Below the pieces are notes generated by a model. It saw only the letters and a list, made by a program, of their open reading frames with translations. It did no database searches and was not told the origin of the DNA. The position numbers and the translations under genes were made by a program. Source: Eledone cirrhosa (Eukaryota). Taken from it: 64,000 nt of DNA. The DNA lies in NCBI GenBank assembly GCA_964016885.1, contig OZ024743.1, forward strand, positions 253,642,001 to 253,706,000, in the 5' to 3' direction. Position 1 is the stretch's first letter. Each line of letters begins with the position of its first letter. Below, in pieces: positions 41,443 to 54,785 of the stretch.

Positions 41443-43687
41443 ATTTGCATTTATCTTGCTTTATGTTCATACGAGTTATCACCAAGTCACAACCAGTGAC
41501 CTCAAGAGACAACAAGGTCCGCCATGTTCAAGAAAGAAAAAAACATACTCACACATGCATCTTTAGTGTTTAGACTTGTGATATACGTATATTGACAGAA
41601 TCTTCCTTAGTATATGGGCAGTTCCCATTAGTACTATCTTTTGTATTTCTCCTATACGCGGGTTTCCTGGGATTTGCGATAAGCAATTATTAGACCCCTC
41701 AGGTATCATTCCCAGAGCGCCCACAACCACTGGTATTGTTTTAGTTCTCAATTTCCACATTTTTCCAATTTCTATCTCCAGGTCCTTATAGTTGCTCAAT
41801 TTTTCAAATGTTTTTATAGATACATTCTTGTCTATTGGAACAGACATATCAATTAGCAGGTATACCCTCTTTTTAAAGTCCTTCAATATTATATCAGGTC
41901 TATTTGCATCTATTTTTCGGTCTGTTTGGATGCTAAGGTTCCACAAGATTGAGATGTGATCTTTTTCAAGTATGGGAGGTGGTTGATGCTCCCAGCAATT
42001 CTTTTGATGGGGCAGGTCAAAATACTTACACATTATCCAATGTATGTATTGTGCAGCTCTGTCATGCCTGTTTAGGTATTCGGTTGGAGCTATAGGACTG
42101 CACATTGAAATTATATGGTCAATGGTCTCTGGTTGTTTTTTGCATACACGACATAATGGGCTGCATCCATTTTTTATTATGTTGGCTTGGTAATTTTGTG
42201 TTGGCAGACACTGATCTTGTGCTGATATAATCAGTCCTTCAGTCTCCGATTTCAGTCCAGAGGATGCCAACCACTGATGGGTTAAAGTTTTGTCAACATC
42301 AGGATTGTTAGCTCGCTCTGGCTATTTTCCATACAGAGGCTTTTCTTGCCATTTCTTAGCCAGTTTCTGTAGCAGTTCTTTCTTTGCAGTTACTTTTACC
42401 TGCTTTGCTTTTTCTGTGTTTTCCATTTCAGCAGTAAATGGGACTTTTGAAATTTGTAGTCCATTACTGTATCTTTGTGCATCTTTTGTAATGGAATATG
42501 ATCTTTTGATGCTTTCGTGTTTCAAAACGAGTTTGATCATCCAATCATGTGATTCCCTTAGATATGTAGATAATCCAATTGTTGCAGTTTTCAACGCAAT
42601 GTCTAACTGGATTAACCCACGTCCTCCTTCTTTCCTAGGGAGATATATTCTATCTATATCTGCCTTAGGGTGATGCATTCTGTGCATGGTTAAGAATTTT
42701 CTAATTTTTGTATCGAGTCTACGGATCTCTGTGCTTGACCAGTTGATGACATTGTAACTGTAGGTTACTACTGGTATGGCAAGCGTGTTTATGGCATCGA
42801 TCCTATTGCTTGCATTCAATTCCGTTCTTAAGATTGCTCTTACTCTGCGGTAACATTCCTTCCTTATCCTTTCCCTCATTGTCGAGTGCTTGATTCCGTC
42901 TCCTTCACAAACACCTAGATATTTGTAAGTTTTTTCTTGATCAAGTTCTCTTATCACGTTCCCCCGATCAAGATTAATGTCTGAAATCTTCAGCAGCTTT
43001 CCTCTGGTGAACGTTGCTTTGGCGCATTCATCTAGTCCAAACTCCATTTTAATGTCATCACTGAACTGCTCCACAGTGGATAATAGCCCTTGCATTTGTT
43101 CATCATTTTTTGCAAATAGTTTCAGGTCATCCATGTAGAATAGGTGATTAATGGTTTTGTCATAGACTCTATATCGATGTTTTGTTTCATTGAGCATTTT
43201 ACTTAATGGTATAAGTGCGATGCAGAATAAAAGAGGTGATAAAGAGTCACCCTGAAAAATTCCACAATTAATATTAACTTCTCCAGCTTCCAGTGATTTT
43301 GTTTCACTATTCAAAAGGAGTGTCGTGTTCCATGTCTTCATACTGAATGACAAAAACCTCCTGACAACGGCAGGTCAAAATGCTTATACATTATCCAATG
43401 TATGTATGGTGCAGCTCTGTCATGCCTGTTTAGGTATTCGGTTGGAGCTATGGGACTGCACATTGAAATTATATGGTCAATGGTCTCTGGTTGTTTTTTG
43501 CATACACGGCATAATGGGCTGCATCCATTTTTTAATATGTTGGCTTGGTAATGTTTTGTTGGCAGACACTGATCTTGTTCTGATATAATCAGTCCTTCAG
43601 TCTCCGATTTCAGTCCAGAGGATGCCAACCACTGATGGGTTAAAGTTTTGTCAACATCAGGATTGTTAGCTCACTCTGGGTATTTTC

Positions 43688-43689
<2 letters not shown>
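41442..43689 (-). mobile_element. R4/Dong-type RLE LINE family A, 5'-truncated composite
   Basis: GIFQGDSLSPLLF, HLFYMDDLKLF, CRVC..ETIDHIISMC, RHD, RPDI..IDMSVP..EK..Y.DL; 43370-43689 repeats 42011-42329. Confidence 0.92.
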
Positions 43690-43733
<44 letters not shown>

Positions 43734-43745
43734 GTTATTGTTATT

Positions 43746-46700
43746 CCTTGAATCTCAGTCATTGATGTTGGTTAACTGGAAAGTCCGTTGGATTGAATAT
43801 CAAGCCACTACCTGCAGCCTCAGATATTCAGGACGTATCGGAGGGTTCTTGTTGTTCCAAGCAAGCATGCCTTTTGAAGCGTTCCAAAAAGCGTGAAGGG
43901 GCCGATTTTCTTTAACCATCCCTGGAAACCTTTGGAGATAGTCCCCAGTGCGCCTATGACAATCGGGATCACTTTGACTTCATGGCTGTTCCAAATCCTT
44001 TTCACCTCCCACTTTAGGTCCTGGTATCGGTTAATTTTCTCCCTCTCCTTCTCTTGCACTCTCGTGTCGAACGGGCAGGCCACATCCACAATCAGGCACG
44101 ATCTTTTTTCTTTGTCCACAACCACCAGGTCAGGTCTATTGTGTTCCAGTTTTTTGTCCGTCTGTATCCTAAAATCCCACAGCACCTTCACCTGACTGTT
44201 CTCCATCACCGCCTCTGGCCTATGCTCATACCATTTCTCAGAATGTGGTAGATTGTTTACTTTGCACAGGTGCCAGTGGATCACCCTGCCCATCACATCG
44301 TGTCTCCAGCCCTTATAGTGGGTCTGGGCTAGGTGTTTACACTCGGACACAATGTGAGCCACAGTCTCCTCTCTCTCTCCACAGATCCTGCACAGTGGGC
44401 TAGCCTCCTCCTTGTAGATATGGTGCTTCAACCACTTCGTTTTGAGGGCCTGCTCCTGCGCAGCCATAGGCATTCCTTCTGTAGCCTTTTTGAGGTCTCC
44501 TCTTCTCAACCAGTTCCATGTCGGTGGATCTCTAAATTCAGTTTTCTCAAAGAAGGTACTATGAAGGGATTTTCCCTTAAGGCTGCTCTTCCTCCTTGAT
44601 GTTATTTCCTCCTTGGACATCCCCTGGCCTACTGTCCCCTCCTTCAGTACAGCTCTGAGCATTGGCTCCTTACTATAGGTCACGTATTTGTATAGGTTGT
44701 TTTTCTCCATCTGAACACAGTCCTCTATGCTGATAAGACCTCTTCCACCCTCAGATCTCCTTAGGTAGAGTCTATCGACATCACTCCTCTTGTGGAACAT
44801 GTTGTAGATAGTCAATAGCTTCCTAGTCTTCCTATCCATTTCTTTTTGTTCAGCAACATTCCATCTCAGAATTCCCGCACCGTACCTAATAATAGACACA
44901 GCTCGGGAATTTACTGCGCTTATGGCATTTCTGCTGTTCAGATGTGACTTCAATACGCTCCTTACTCTCCGAATGTATTCAGTTCTTAACAATTCCTTCA
45001 TTTTTTTGTTCTTTATGCCATCAGCCTCCAGAACGCCCAAATACTTGTATCCTTCCTCAGAGTCAATTTCCTTTATCATCTCACCTGTTGGTATCTGGAT
45101 CCCGTTACTTCTGCTCAACCTACCCCTCTTCATCACAATGACTCCACATTTACCAATACCAAACTGCATACATATATCACTGCTGAAAATACGGACAGTG
45201 TCAACAAGCACATCCAACTCCTTCTCACTTTTCCCGAAGAGCTTAAGATCGTCCATGAAGAGGAGGTGATTGATGGTAAGCTCTCCCCTTCCCAACTTGT
45301 ATCCTGCTCTCACTTTTCGCAGCATAATGGTCAAGGGCATCAGGGCAAGGACAAACAACAGAGGGGACAGGCTATCTCCCTGGAAGATACCTCTCTTGAT
45401 CTTCACGCTTCACAAGGATACTCCAGTTGATGTCAACTCTGTCTCCCAGGACCCCATACTCCTGCCCAGCAACTGTCTGATGTTATCTGCCACCCTGAAG
45501 ACCTCCAGGCTTTTGGTGATCCAGGAATGAGGCACCATGTCAAATGCCTTTCTGTAGTCTATCCATCCCATGGCAAGATCAGTGTGTCTCCTCCTGCAAT
45601 TCCCCATTACCATCTTATCAATAAGCAACTGGTCCTTTGTACCACGTGACTTCTTTCGGCATCCTTTCTGTTCGTCCGGTAACAAGTTGTTTGTGTGGAG
45701 GTGATGGTAGATTTCCTCAGACACAATGCTCGTCAACAGTTTCCACATTACGGGCAGACATGTGATAGGTCTATAGTTGGTAACATCATTACCCTTGATT
45801 CGGTCTTTCATTATCAGAACTGTGGTATCTTTTGTCAACCACTCTGGCACCTCACCCGACACCAAGCAGTCATTGAACATGGCCGTCAGCTTCGGGTGGA
45901 GGGATGTTAAATGTTTAATCCAATACCCCTGCACACCATCTGGGCCTGGTGATTTCCAGTTGGTTAGTTTTTTGGCTTGCCCCTTAAGAGTTTCAACTGT
46001 GATACTCAAATCAGTTTGTTATTGTGCCTTCTCACCGATCTCCCTCTGTACTGTCTCAATCCACCCTGCCTGGGCATTGTGTCTAACATCCTGCTCCCAT
46101 ATTCCTCTCCAGAATGTTTTAGCTTGTTCCGCCCCAGGGATCAAGTCGTTGCCTCTTTCTTTCCCCTCAAGCTGTCCAAACAGCATCTTCTGGTTGTTGT
46201 CGAACATGCGGTTCTGTTTATACTGACTGACTCTGTTCTCGTATCGCCTGATTTTGGCACTCTTTGCTACAATGCGTTGCTTCAATTCCTCTATGATAAT
46301 ATTTAGCTTTTTACTCCTAGTTTTGTATTTTATTTACAGTCTATTTTTAGTGCCTATGTTTTTTAGTGTCCCATTCAGTAGTGACTCAAGCTTTCCTATG
46401 TCATTTCTCATTTCCCTGATTTGCCCACTCAGTCGCTTCTTCCACCACGGCTCTGCTCTTTCTTGTCTGTTGTTTCCTCTCGCTTTTATACCAAGTAGTT
46501 TCCTCACCGTATTTGCTGTTGCTTTGAGGATATTGTTGCACTGGTGAAGACTCCTCGCCTCAAGGTATGGGATGACTTTGTTTACCTTAGCTGTTGTTTC
46601 TTTTAACTTTTTCCTGTCTACAAATCTTAGGTTCATAGGTCTCCCACTATCATTGTTCAATTCATCTACCACTAGATTTAGGATGTCAACCGAATCTTGT

Positions 46701-48292
46701 CCTAGCCCGTCAGCATTCATCTCCTCAGTGGCCGTATCTCTGTTCCAGGTATTATTTATCTCAGTATTCAAATCATTGTCTGCTTCGGGTGGTTCCTCCG
46801 TTCTCAGGACCTCCTCACCTTCATTTCCCACCGGCTCGCTTGTCTGGCATACTACACCCGCCATCTCCAAGCCATTCTCTCTGCTCAGTTCCTCCAGTTC
46901 CAGCTCGCTTATCCACCCATTAGTTCTTATTACCCGAGCCTGCCCGGCCAATTTTTGTTCATCTAATTTAAATAAACCAATCTCGTTCCAGATGTTATGC
47001 ATCCGTCTCCTGTAGCCCCTCTCCTTGGGGTTACTTTTCAGGTAGCATTGCATAACAGTTCTATTCAATTCTTTCGTCCAGTTGGTTCTGGCCCCTTTCC
47101 TTCTTCTTCTTCCTCCAACATCAGCAGTATTTGGTTGACAGTCAGGTTCCTGCTGCTGAGCCAGGGGGCACCTGTTGGGTGAGAGTCTGTCACATGACGT
47201 TCTAGTCTCCATTTCACCGTTATTCGAACTGTTTATGTTCGATATTTAAACACTCTTATCGAGGATTGGCGAATGTATGTTTACATAGCCATCTGTGGAT
47301 CCGCCATCCCACTTGGCCCTTGTGTGGCATTATCACCACGCTGTATACGAAGACACATAAACAAACAAACACACGGGCAGAAAGGGCCCCAAAAATGAAT
47401 AAGCATAAGTTTCATTGTAATGTAGTATTCGAATGTCTGACTTAGTTTTTGTTTTTTAAGTTTTACTTTTTCCCCCCTCTTCTCTGTCCGTCCGCCTGCT
47501 TCTCTCTTCATTCTTATTTTCTTTACGTTTTTGGGGTTTCTTTTTTTGTTTTTGTTTTTCTCTGTTTGTTTTTCTCGTTTTTTGCTGTTGTTGCTGTGCT
47601 GCTTTGGTTTTGTTGTTTGTTTTTTCTTTTTTCTTTTGAGTCTATCTATATATTTTGATGCCTTCCTCTTTGTTAGTAGTAGGGATTCTATAATGTGGAC
47701 GTAGTAGCAGCCAGCAGGGAGAAGTGGGAGAGGGCGGCGTTGGCGATACTGAGACAGTGGTGGTGGTGATGTCGATACCGAGGCAGTGGTGGCGGTGATG
47801 CGACCGTATTACTGTAGTGATGGTGCTGTAGCGGTGGCAACAGCAGTGAAGGAGTCAAGGGGTGGTGGTGGCGGTGATGGGATAGTGGTGGTAATGATGG
47901 CCGTAGTGAGCGGTGGCGGTGAAGGTGAAAATGCTGTTGTGTTTAGTATACACAGATGATGGGGTGGGTGGTGTATCTAGTTTCTGGTGTTGGTGAGTTT
48001 AGCTGTCCTATATAGTGTAGCCAGAGGAGAGGGGGGGGGGGTTCTTCTTCTTCCATTTAGAGCCATTTTTTTTTTTTTTTGGATATACAGTGTACAATAC
48101 GAAGTTGAATATTTGAATATTTGAGCCTTATAACAATATATTTTGGGTCCGAATTTTTTGGGGCTCAAGCCGGGTGCTTTACGTAGCATTTGTACTAAGA
48201 GTTGTTATTTCACAAATGATTTAAATATGTTAAAAATTCAAAACTTACGGGAGCGATTTCATGACCTCCGTCACCTCGTGCGTCTTCTTCCC
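43746..48292 (-). mobile_element. R4/Dong-type RLE LINE family B, full-length
   Basis: (TTA)n on both sides; ~1 kb 5' UTR; single disrupted ORF. Confidence 0.92.
43820..47245 (-). pseudogene. R4-B ORF: Myb-like domain, RT, CCHC, PD-(D/E)xK endonuclease
   Basis: NWTKELN, KSPGPDG, WIDYRKAFD, HLLFMDDLKLF, CRICGEREETVAHIVSEC, RHD, RPDLVVVD. Start codon ATG>ATA, stops at 46334 and 46019, frameshift near 45408. Confidence 0.9.
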
Positions 48293-48358
<66 letters not shown>

Positions 48359-48359
<1 letters not shown>

Positions 48360-51300
48360 AGTTGCATTTATCTTGCTTTATGTTCATACGAGTTATCACC
48401 AAGTCACAACCAGTGACCTCAAGAGCCAACAAGGTCCGCCATGTTCAAGAAAGAACATACATATTCACACATGCATCTTTAGTGTTTAGACTTGTGATGT
48501 ACTTATATTGACAGAATCCTCCTTAGTATATGGGCAGTTCCCATTAATACTATCTTTTGTATTTCTCCTATACGCGGGTTTCCTGGGATTTGCGATATGT
48601 AATCATTAGACCCCTTAGGTATAATCCCCAGAGCACCTACAACCACTGGTATTGTTTTAGTTCTCAATTTCCACATTTTTCCAATTTCTATCTCCAGGTC
48701 CTTATACTTGCTCAATTTTTCAAATGTTTTTATAGATACATTCTTGTCTATTGGAACAGACATATCAATTAGCAGGCATACCCTCTTTTGAAAGTCGTTC
48801 AATATTATATCAGGTCTGTTTGCATCTATTTTTCGGTCTGTTTGGATGCTAAAGTTCCACAAGATTGAGATGTGATCTTTTTCAAGTATGGGAGGTGGTT
48901 GATGCTCCCACCAATTCTTTTGATGGGGCAGGTCAAAATGCTTACACATTATCCAATGTATGTATTGTGCAGCTCTGTCATGCCTGTTTAGGTATTCGGT
49001 TGGAGCTATAGGACTGCACATTGAAATTATATGGTCAATGGTCTCTGGTTGTTTTTTGCATACACGGCATAATGGGCTGCACCCATTTTTTATTATGTTG
49101 TCTTGGTAATTTTTTGTTGGCAGACACTGATCTTGTGCCGATATAATCAGTCCTTCAGTCTCCGATTTCAGTCCAGAGGATGCCAATCACTGATGGGTTA
49201 AAGTTTTGTCAACATCAGGATTGTTAGCTCGCTCTGGGTATTTTCCATACAGAGGCTTTTCTTGCCATTTCTTAGCCAGTTTCTGTAGCAGTTCTTTCTT
49301 TGCAGTTACTTTTACCTGTTTGCTTTTTCTGTGTTTTCCATTTCAGCAGTAAATGGGACTTTTGAAATTTGTAGTCCATTACTGTATCTTTGTGCGTCTT
49401 TTGTAATGGAACATGATCTTTTAATGCTTTCGTGTTTCAAAACGAGTTTGATCATCCAATCATGTGATTCCCTTAGATATGTAGATAATCCAATTGTTGC
49501 AGTTTTCAACGCAATGTCTAATTGGATTAACCCACGTCCTCCTTCTTTCCTAGGGAGATATATTCTATCTATATCTGCCTTAGGGTGATGCATTCTGTGC
49601 ATGGTTAAGAATTTTCGAATTTTTGTATCGAGCCTACGGATCTCTGTGCTTGACCAGTTGATGACATTGTAACTGTAGGTTACTACTGGTATGGCAAGCG
49701 TGTTTATGGCATCGATCCTATTCCTTGCATTCAATTCCGTTCTTAAGATTGCTCTTACTCTGCGGTAACATTCCTTCCTTATCCTTTCCCTCATTGTCGA
49801 GTGCTTGATTCCGTCTCCTTCACAAACACTTAGATATTTGTAAGTTTTTTCTTGATCAAGTTCTCTTATCACGTTCCCCCGATCAAGATTAATGTCTGAA
49901 CTCTTCAGCAGCTTTCCTCTGGTGAACGTTGCTTTGGCGCATTCATCTAGTCCAAACTCCATTTTAATGTCACCACTGAACTGCTTCACAGTGGATAATA
50001 GCCCTTGCAATTGTTCATCATTTTTTGCAAATAGTTTCAGGTCATCCATGTAGAACAGTTGATTAATGGTTTTGTCATAGACTTTATATCCATGTTTTGT
50101 TTCATTGAGCATTTTACTTAATGGTATAAGTGCGATGCTAATAAAAGCGGTGATAAAGAGTCACCCTGAAAAATTCCACAATTAATATTAACTTCTCCAG
50201 CTTCCAGTGATTTTGTTTCACTATTCAAAAGGAGTGTCGTTTTCCATGTCTTCATACTAAATGACAAAAACATCCTGACAACGGGGGATACTTTGAAAAT
50301 CTCTAAACATTTTTCAATCCAACTGTGTGGCAAACTATCAAATGCTTTTTTATAGTCTATCCAAGCAATCGATAGATTTTTGTGTCTATTATGACAATCT
50401 TCCAGTATCATTTTGTTAACCAGAAGCTGATCCTTACAGCCATATGAGCCTCGTTTACACCCTTTCTGCTCAATGGGAAATAGGTCATTTGTTATCAGGT
50501 GGTCATATGTGTATTCAGTTAGGACTGATGTTAAAATTTTATACATTGTGGTCAGGCAAGTTATCGACTGTAATTTTTGGGATTGTTTGTCGCATCATTC
50601 TTCGGAAGCAAGAATGTAATGCCGTTAACTAGCCATGAAGGTATCTTTTCTGGCTCCTTAACTATTTCATTGTAAAGTTGGGCTAACAGCTCATGAGACT
50701 CTGTGAAGGCATTTATCCAAAAGTTTTGTATTTTGTCTTTTCCTGGGGATTTCCATTTGCTGGTTTTTCTTAGAGCCAAGCGCAACTGTTCAACTGTTAT
50801 ATTTTCCCATGTTTGTTCCTCAAGGTGAGCTGTATCTTTCATTTGTCTGTCTGTCCATGGGGCATGTATGTTATGAACTTTTTCTTCGGCCCAGATCTTT
50901 TCCCAGAATTCTTTCACTTCCTCATTGGGTGGTATTGATTTAGCAGTTATTGTTGACTTACCAATTTTTCTGTAGAAGTTTCTTTGGTTCTTTTTGAACA
51001 TATTATTGTCCTTATAGAATATAGATCGTTTTTCAAAGCGCCTTATACGAGCAGCTTTGGCCGACACTTTTTGCTTGATTATTTCTATCAGTATGTCTAT
51101 GTCACATGTTGATTTTATACTGTACTTTTTTTTCAATTTTCTTAGTTTAGTTTGTTTAACATGTTCACCTACTTTATAGTTTGTTAAAATTTCTATGTCA
51201 GATCGGAGAAGGTTTATTTGGCGATTGATGTTCTCTTGCCAAGTAGATTTCTTGTGGGAATTCCTTTGTTTTTTCGTCTTCACTCCACATAAGTGAGTGG

Positions 51301-52235
51301 TACTTTAGCCGATGCATAATAGAGATGATTTAAATCAGTAATGTTTAGTTTGTTTGTGATGATAATGTTTTTGAGAATTATGTTAGTCCTGTGTATTATC
51401 TTTTGATTCTGTTTGGAGTTCTGGATCTTAGGGAGGGTGTCTCGTTGCCCCATGTCAGAATCTTTCATTTTCATCCATTCGATCATAATTTCATCCTTCA
51501 AGTTGGCAAGTTCATTCTCATTCATTTCTTTATCATTTACGATCTCATTATTTTCATTTGGGGTTTCATCCTGAGCATGCACCCCCTCCACCTTTTCGAT
51601 CCTTTCTTTAATTTGTTCTGTTGCCAGTGATTCCGCACCAACCCTGGGATTCGAAGTGTTACAGTTTACCTCGTTTTCACTGACACATGTTTCATTTTCC
51701 CTTCGCTGACTTTGTGCTAATAGCTTGATCTGATCAATTTCTATATCAGTTAGTAACTTTTTTCTTACAATATTTCTTCGTATATTGGCTAGTTTGTTAC
51801 TGTCAATATAGCCTCTGTTTTCGGGATGTTTCTTTTTCCAGTTGATATATGTCTGTTCTGTATTCGATGTATTTGATGGGTAGTACATGGCAGTGTAGAA
51901 AGCCTCAAGGACTTCTTTATTATCTTCCCTTGACCATTTTTCTCTCTTTTTCTTTGGATTTCTTGGTGGTGAGCATGGAGGGCCAACAGTAGGAGTATTC
52001 CGGTTATGGGAGGTCTCCAGCTCCGAAGTGATGGGAAGGTTTGAACCATTAGCTGATTTTTCGACCCCAGTCTGGTTCCTCTCTGAGCGACGCGGCCCTT
52101 TTTGACCCGGGTGACGGCCGATCCGGTATGAGATTTTATCATTAGACATTTACTTTATTTTTTCGCGTTTTATCCTTATCCGCCAAGGGGTAATCATTTC
52201 GTGTTACCACTTCTAGAACGAGTGTCAACCAAGAC
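48359..52235 (-). mobile_element. R4/Dong-type RLE LINE family A, near full-length
   Basis: (TTA)n on both sides; ORF fragments span 52149-48503. Confidence 0.92.
48503..52149 (-). pseudogene. R4-A ORF (RT + RLE), disrupted
   Basis: REKWSREDN, KSPGKD, WIDYKKAFD, FYMDDLKLF, CCHC, RPD. Frameshifts near 51280, 50561, 50118 and 49312; TGG>TGA near 49190. Confidence 0.9.
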
Positions 52236-52259
52236 TTATTATTATTATTATTATTATTA

Positions 52260-52385
52260 CAGTTGCATTTATCTTGCTTTATGTTCATACGAGTTATCAC
52301 CAAGTCACAACCAGTGCCCTCAAGAGACAACAAGGTCCGCCATGTTCAAGAAAGAACATACATATTCACACATGCATCTTTAGTG

Positions 52386-52388
<3 letters not shown>
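52260..52388 (-). mobile_element. R4-A 3' UTR-only insertion (~130 bp)
   Basis: Matches 48359-48488; (TTA)n on both sides. Confidence 0.9.
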
Positions 52389-52436
<48 letters not shown>

Positions 52437-52650
52437 GAATGCCATGGTTGACGGAGGCTCGGCTCTGTAAGGTATAGTAATTTTTAACCGTTAAAACAAT
52501 TGTAAATTGTTTAAAACTTGAACCAAATTGTTGATAAAGACACCCTCCTCCTCGTGAGAGGGGTCTTTCTGTCCGTTATTTGGCCCTTCGGGGTTAAATA
52601 ACCAGTTATTGGGGTTTTGTACCCAATATTCATTTTAAACAAAAAACAAC

Positions 52651-54750
52651 ATGGCTACGAAAAAGAAATTTCATACGTCACTCCCACTCATTCCGTCTTC
52701 TTCTTTCTCAATCATCACTACAGCAGAGAGAAGATTGTCTCTCTCCCTCCCTTCTTTAAATGTGTCTCTCTCCCTCCCTTCTCTTTCGCAAGTGACGAAA
52801 GAAAAGAAAAGTCTCGTGCAAAGCGTGCAAGGTTTCTCCACGACGACGACGACAGCGACGAAACAGGTGTGCAGGAAATACGAAAACCCAGTTCATTCGT
52901 CTGACGTCAGGAATAATAGCAGTAGCAGCCGTAATAACAACTGCAACAGTGACAATGAAAACAACAGTAGCAGCCGCAACAGCATCACCAGCAGCATAAA
53001 CAACAACAGCATTAGCAGCAGCAACACCAACAACAACCACAGCAACAGCGGCGGAGGCAGTAGTCGTAGTACCTGCAGCAACAACAAAAGTACCAGCAGC
53101 TCTGACGACAACAACAAGAGCAGAGAAAAACCAATCTCATTTGCAGGTATTGCGAAAAACCTGGAAACAATCCTCATAACAAATGAGGAATTAGAGGAAG
53201 CGAAGAAGATGGTGACAAAGAACGGACACCGAGCAATCTGCAAGGCAGCGGAAAAATTTTTCGAAACCCAAGAGCACTGTACGGTCACGTACCGTACAGT
53301 AAGTACAAAATCCCGTAGGGTGGAAAGAGCCACAGAGGCCCAAATACAAAAAGCCTTGGGGTCTGTGTGGCAGCGGAAAACGCACATCACCCGAGGCAAA
53401 AAATATGCCACCGTAGACGTACTTTTTGCCACACCCCAGGAGGCAAAGGCCCAATCAGTAGTGACCCTAAGGAGCGAGGAAATGGTGTTGGTGCCCTCCT
53501 ACTGCGGACAAAAAATTGTGAGGGTCAAACTGACACACGTCCCCCCCGGAATGACCCCTTCTTGGCTGGCCGCGTCTGTCCTCGTCGGAATCGAGGACAA
53601 AACAACTGTACTGCAAGTACAGAAAAAAAAAGTAAGAGAAGATTGGGTCGGCTCCTCCATTGAGATGCTAATCCAAACCAACCAGGAGTGCATCGAAGCT
53701 ATCCCGGATGTGATAGACTTCGATAACGGCACTCAACTGCCCATAAGTGTTGAGGGCAAACGCCCGAACTGCTTTCGCTGTGGATCGAAGACTCACCTCA
53801 GGGCCTTCTGCAACGAGAAGACCCTGAGAAAGGAGAAAACCCCCCTCCTTCCGAATCCGGCTCCACGGCTACCAGCAACAGGACAAGCGGCAACCAGGAA
53901 CGATAGGTCCGTGGCACCCATACCCACTCCACGGAAATCAAAAACAGCAGAAGCAGTGGAAATATTAACAACAACAACAGCAATACCAAATGCAGCTGCA
54001 ACAGAGACTCCAGTGCAAACATCACCAACAACAACAAGTGAAAGAGTGGAGCTGGTACCCCTCCCCGACCTCACAGAATCAGACATGGAGTGTGAGGTGG
54101 GAGAGGGATGGCAAAAGGTCGCAAGAAGGCACAAACGCAGAAGCAGCGCATCGTCGCCTTTGAAAAGGGAGGAAAGAAATGAGAAAAGGGTAAAGTCTAC
54201 TGCAAAGAGACCCACAGCAGCAACACCACCAACACCATCACCACCCACACCAGCACCACCATCATCACCGGCGACAACCCCACCACCAACAACACCTTCA
54301 ACACCACCACCACAAGCACCAACATCGCAAACACAACAACAAAACACACACACCCAGCAACAACGACAAGAAAATAGTAGAACCACACCCCACCCCCAGA
54401 AAAACAAATGCACGGCAATAAATACACACAACAAGAAACTAATGACTTACATAATTGAACACACAGACATTTCACAACAGGACTACATAATACCAGCACC
54501 AATCAAAACGCCAACTAACATAAGACTGCTAAAAATAGCACAGAAACAATACACAAATATTAAAACGAAATTCCCCAACGCAGTTGGTGATTTCAGGGAC
54601 CTAGGAGGAACCATCAATCGAAGAGTATACTCAGACATTCTCTTAGAAGAGCCGACGACCAGCCGAAGGGACGATTCAACGGTCCCTTCACCAGACGATC
54701 AAGTGAAAAGGGATGTAAAAACCATCCCTCCTCTACCAAAAGTACGGTAA
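52651..54750 (+). CDS. Tx1 ORF1p (gag-like, CCHC zinc knuckle), 699 aa
   Basis: CFRCGSKTHLRAFC; GWQKVARRHKRR basic motif; S/N- and P/T-rich linkers. Confidence 0.88.
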   Translation: MATKKKFHTSLPLIPSSSFSIITTAERRLSLSLPSLNVSLSLPSLSQVTKEKKSLVQSVQGFSTTTTTATKQVCRKYENPVHSSDVRNNSSSSRNNNCNSDNENNSSSRNSITSSINNNSISSSNTNNNHSNSGGGSSRSTCSNNKSTSSSDDNNKSREKPISFAGIAKNLETILITNEELEEAKKMVTKNGHRAICKAAEKFFETQEHCTVTYRTVSTKSRRVERATEAQIQKALGSVWQRKTHITRGKKYATVDVLFATPQEAKAQSVVTLRSEEMVLVPSYCGQKIVRVKLTHVPPGMTPSWLAASVLVGIEDKTTVLQVQKKKVREDWVGSSIEMLIQTNQECIEAIPDVIDFDNGTQLPISVEGKRPNCFRCGSKTHLRAFCNEKTLRKEKTPLLPNPAPRLPATGQAATRNDRSVAPIPTPRKSKTAEAVEILTTTTAIPNAAATETPVQTSPTTTSERVELVPLPDLTESDMECEVGEGWQKVARRHKRRSSASSPLKREERNEKRVKSTAKRPTAATPPTPSPPTPAPPSSPATTPPPTTPSTPPPQAPTSQTQQQNTHTQQQRQENSRTTPHPQKNKCTAINTHNKKLMTYIIEHTDISQQDYIIPAPIKTPTNIRLLKIAQKQYTNIKTKFPNAVGDFRDLGGTINRRVYSDILLEEPTTSRRDDSTVPSPDDQVKRDVKTIPPLPKVR

Positions 54751-54785
54751 GTGGTCTTTCCCATCTTTTCCACTCTATTTTAAAC

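Noticed and set aside
47245-47335. HDV-like ribozyme in R4 5' regions (also 52150-52235)
   Set aside because: Could not assemble the nested double pseudoknot by eye; needs a descriptor search.
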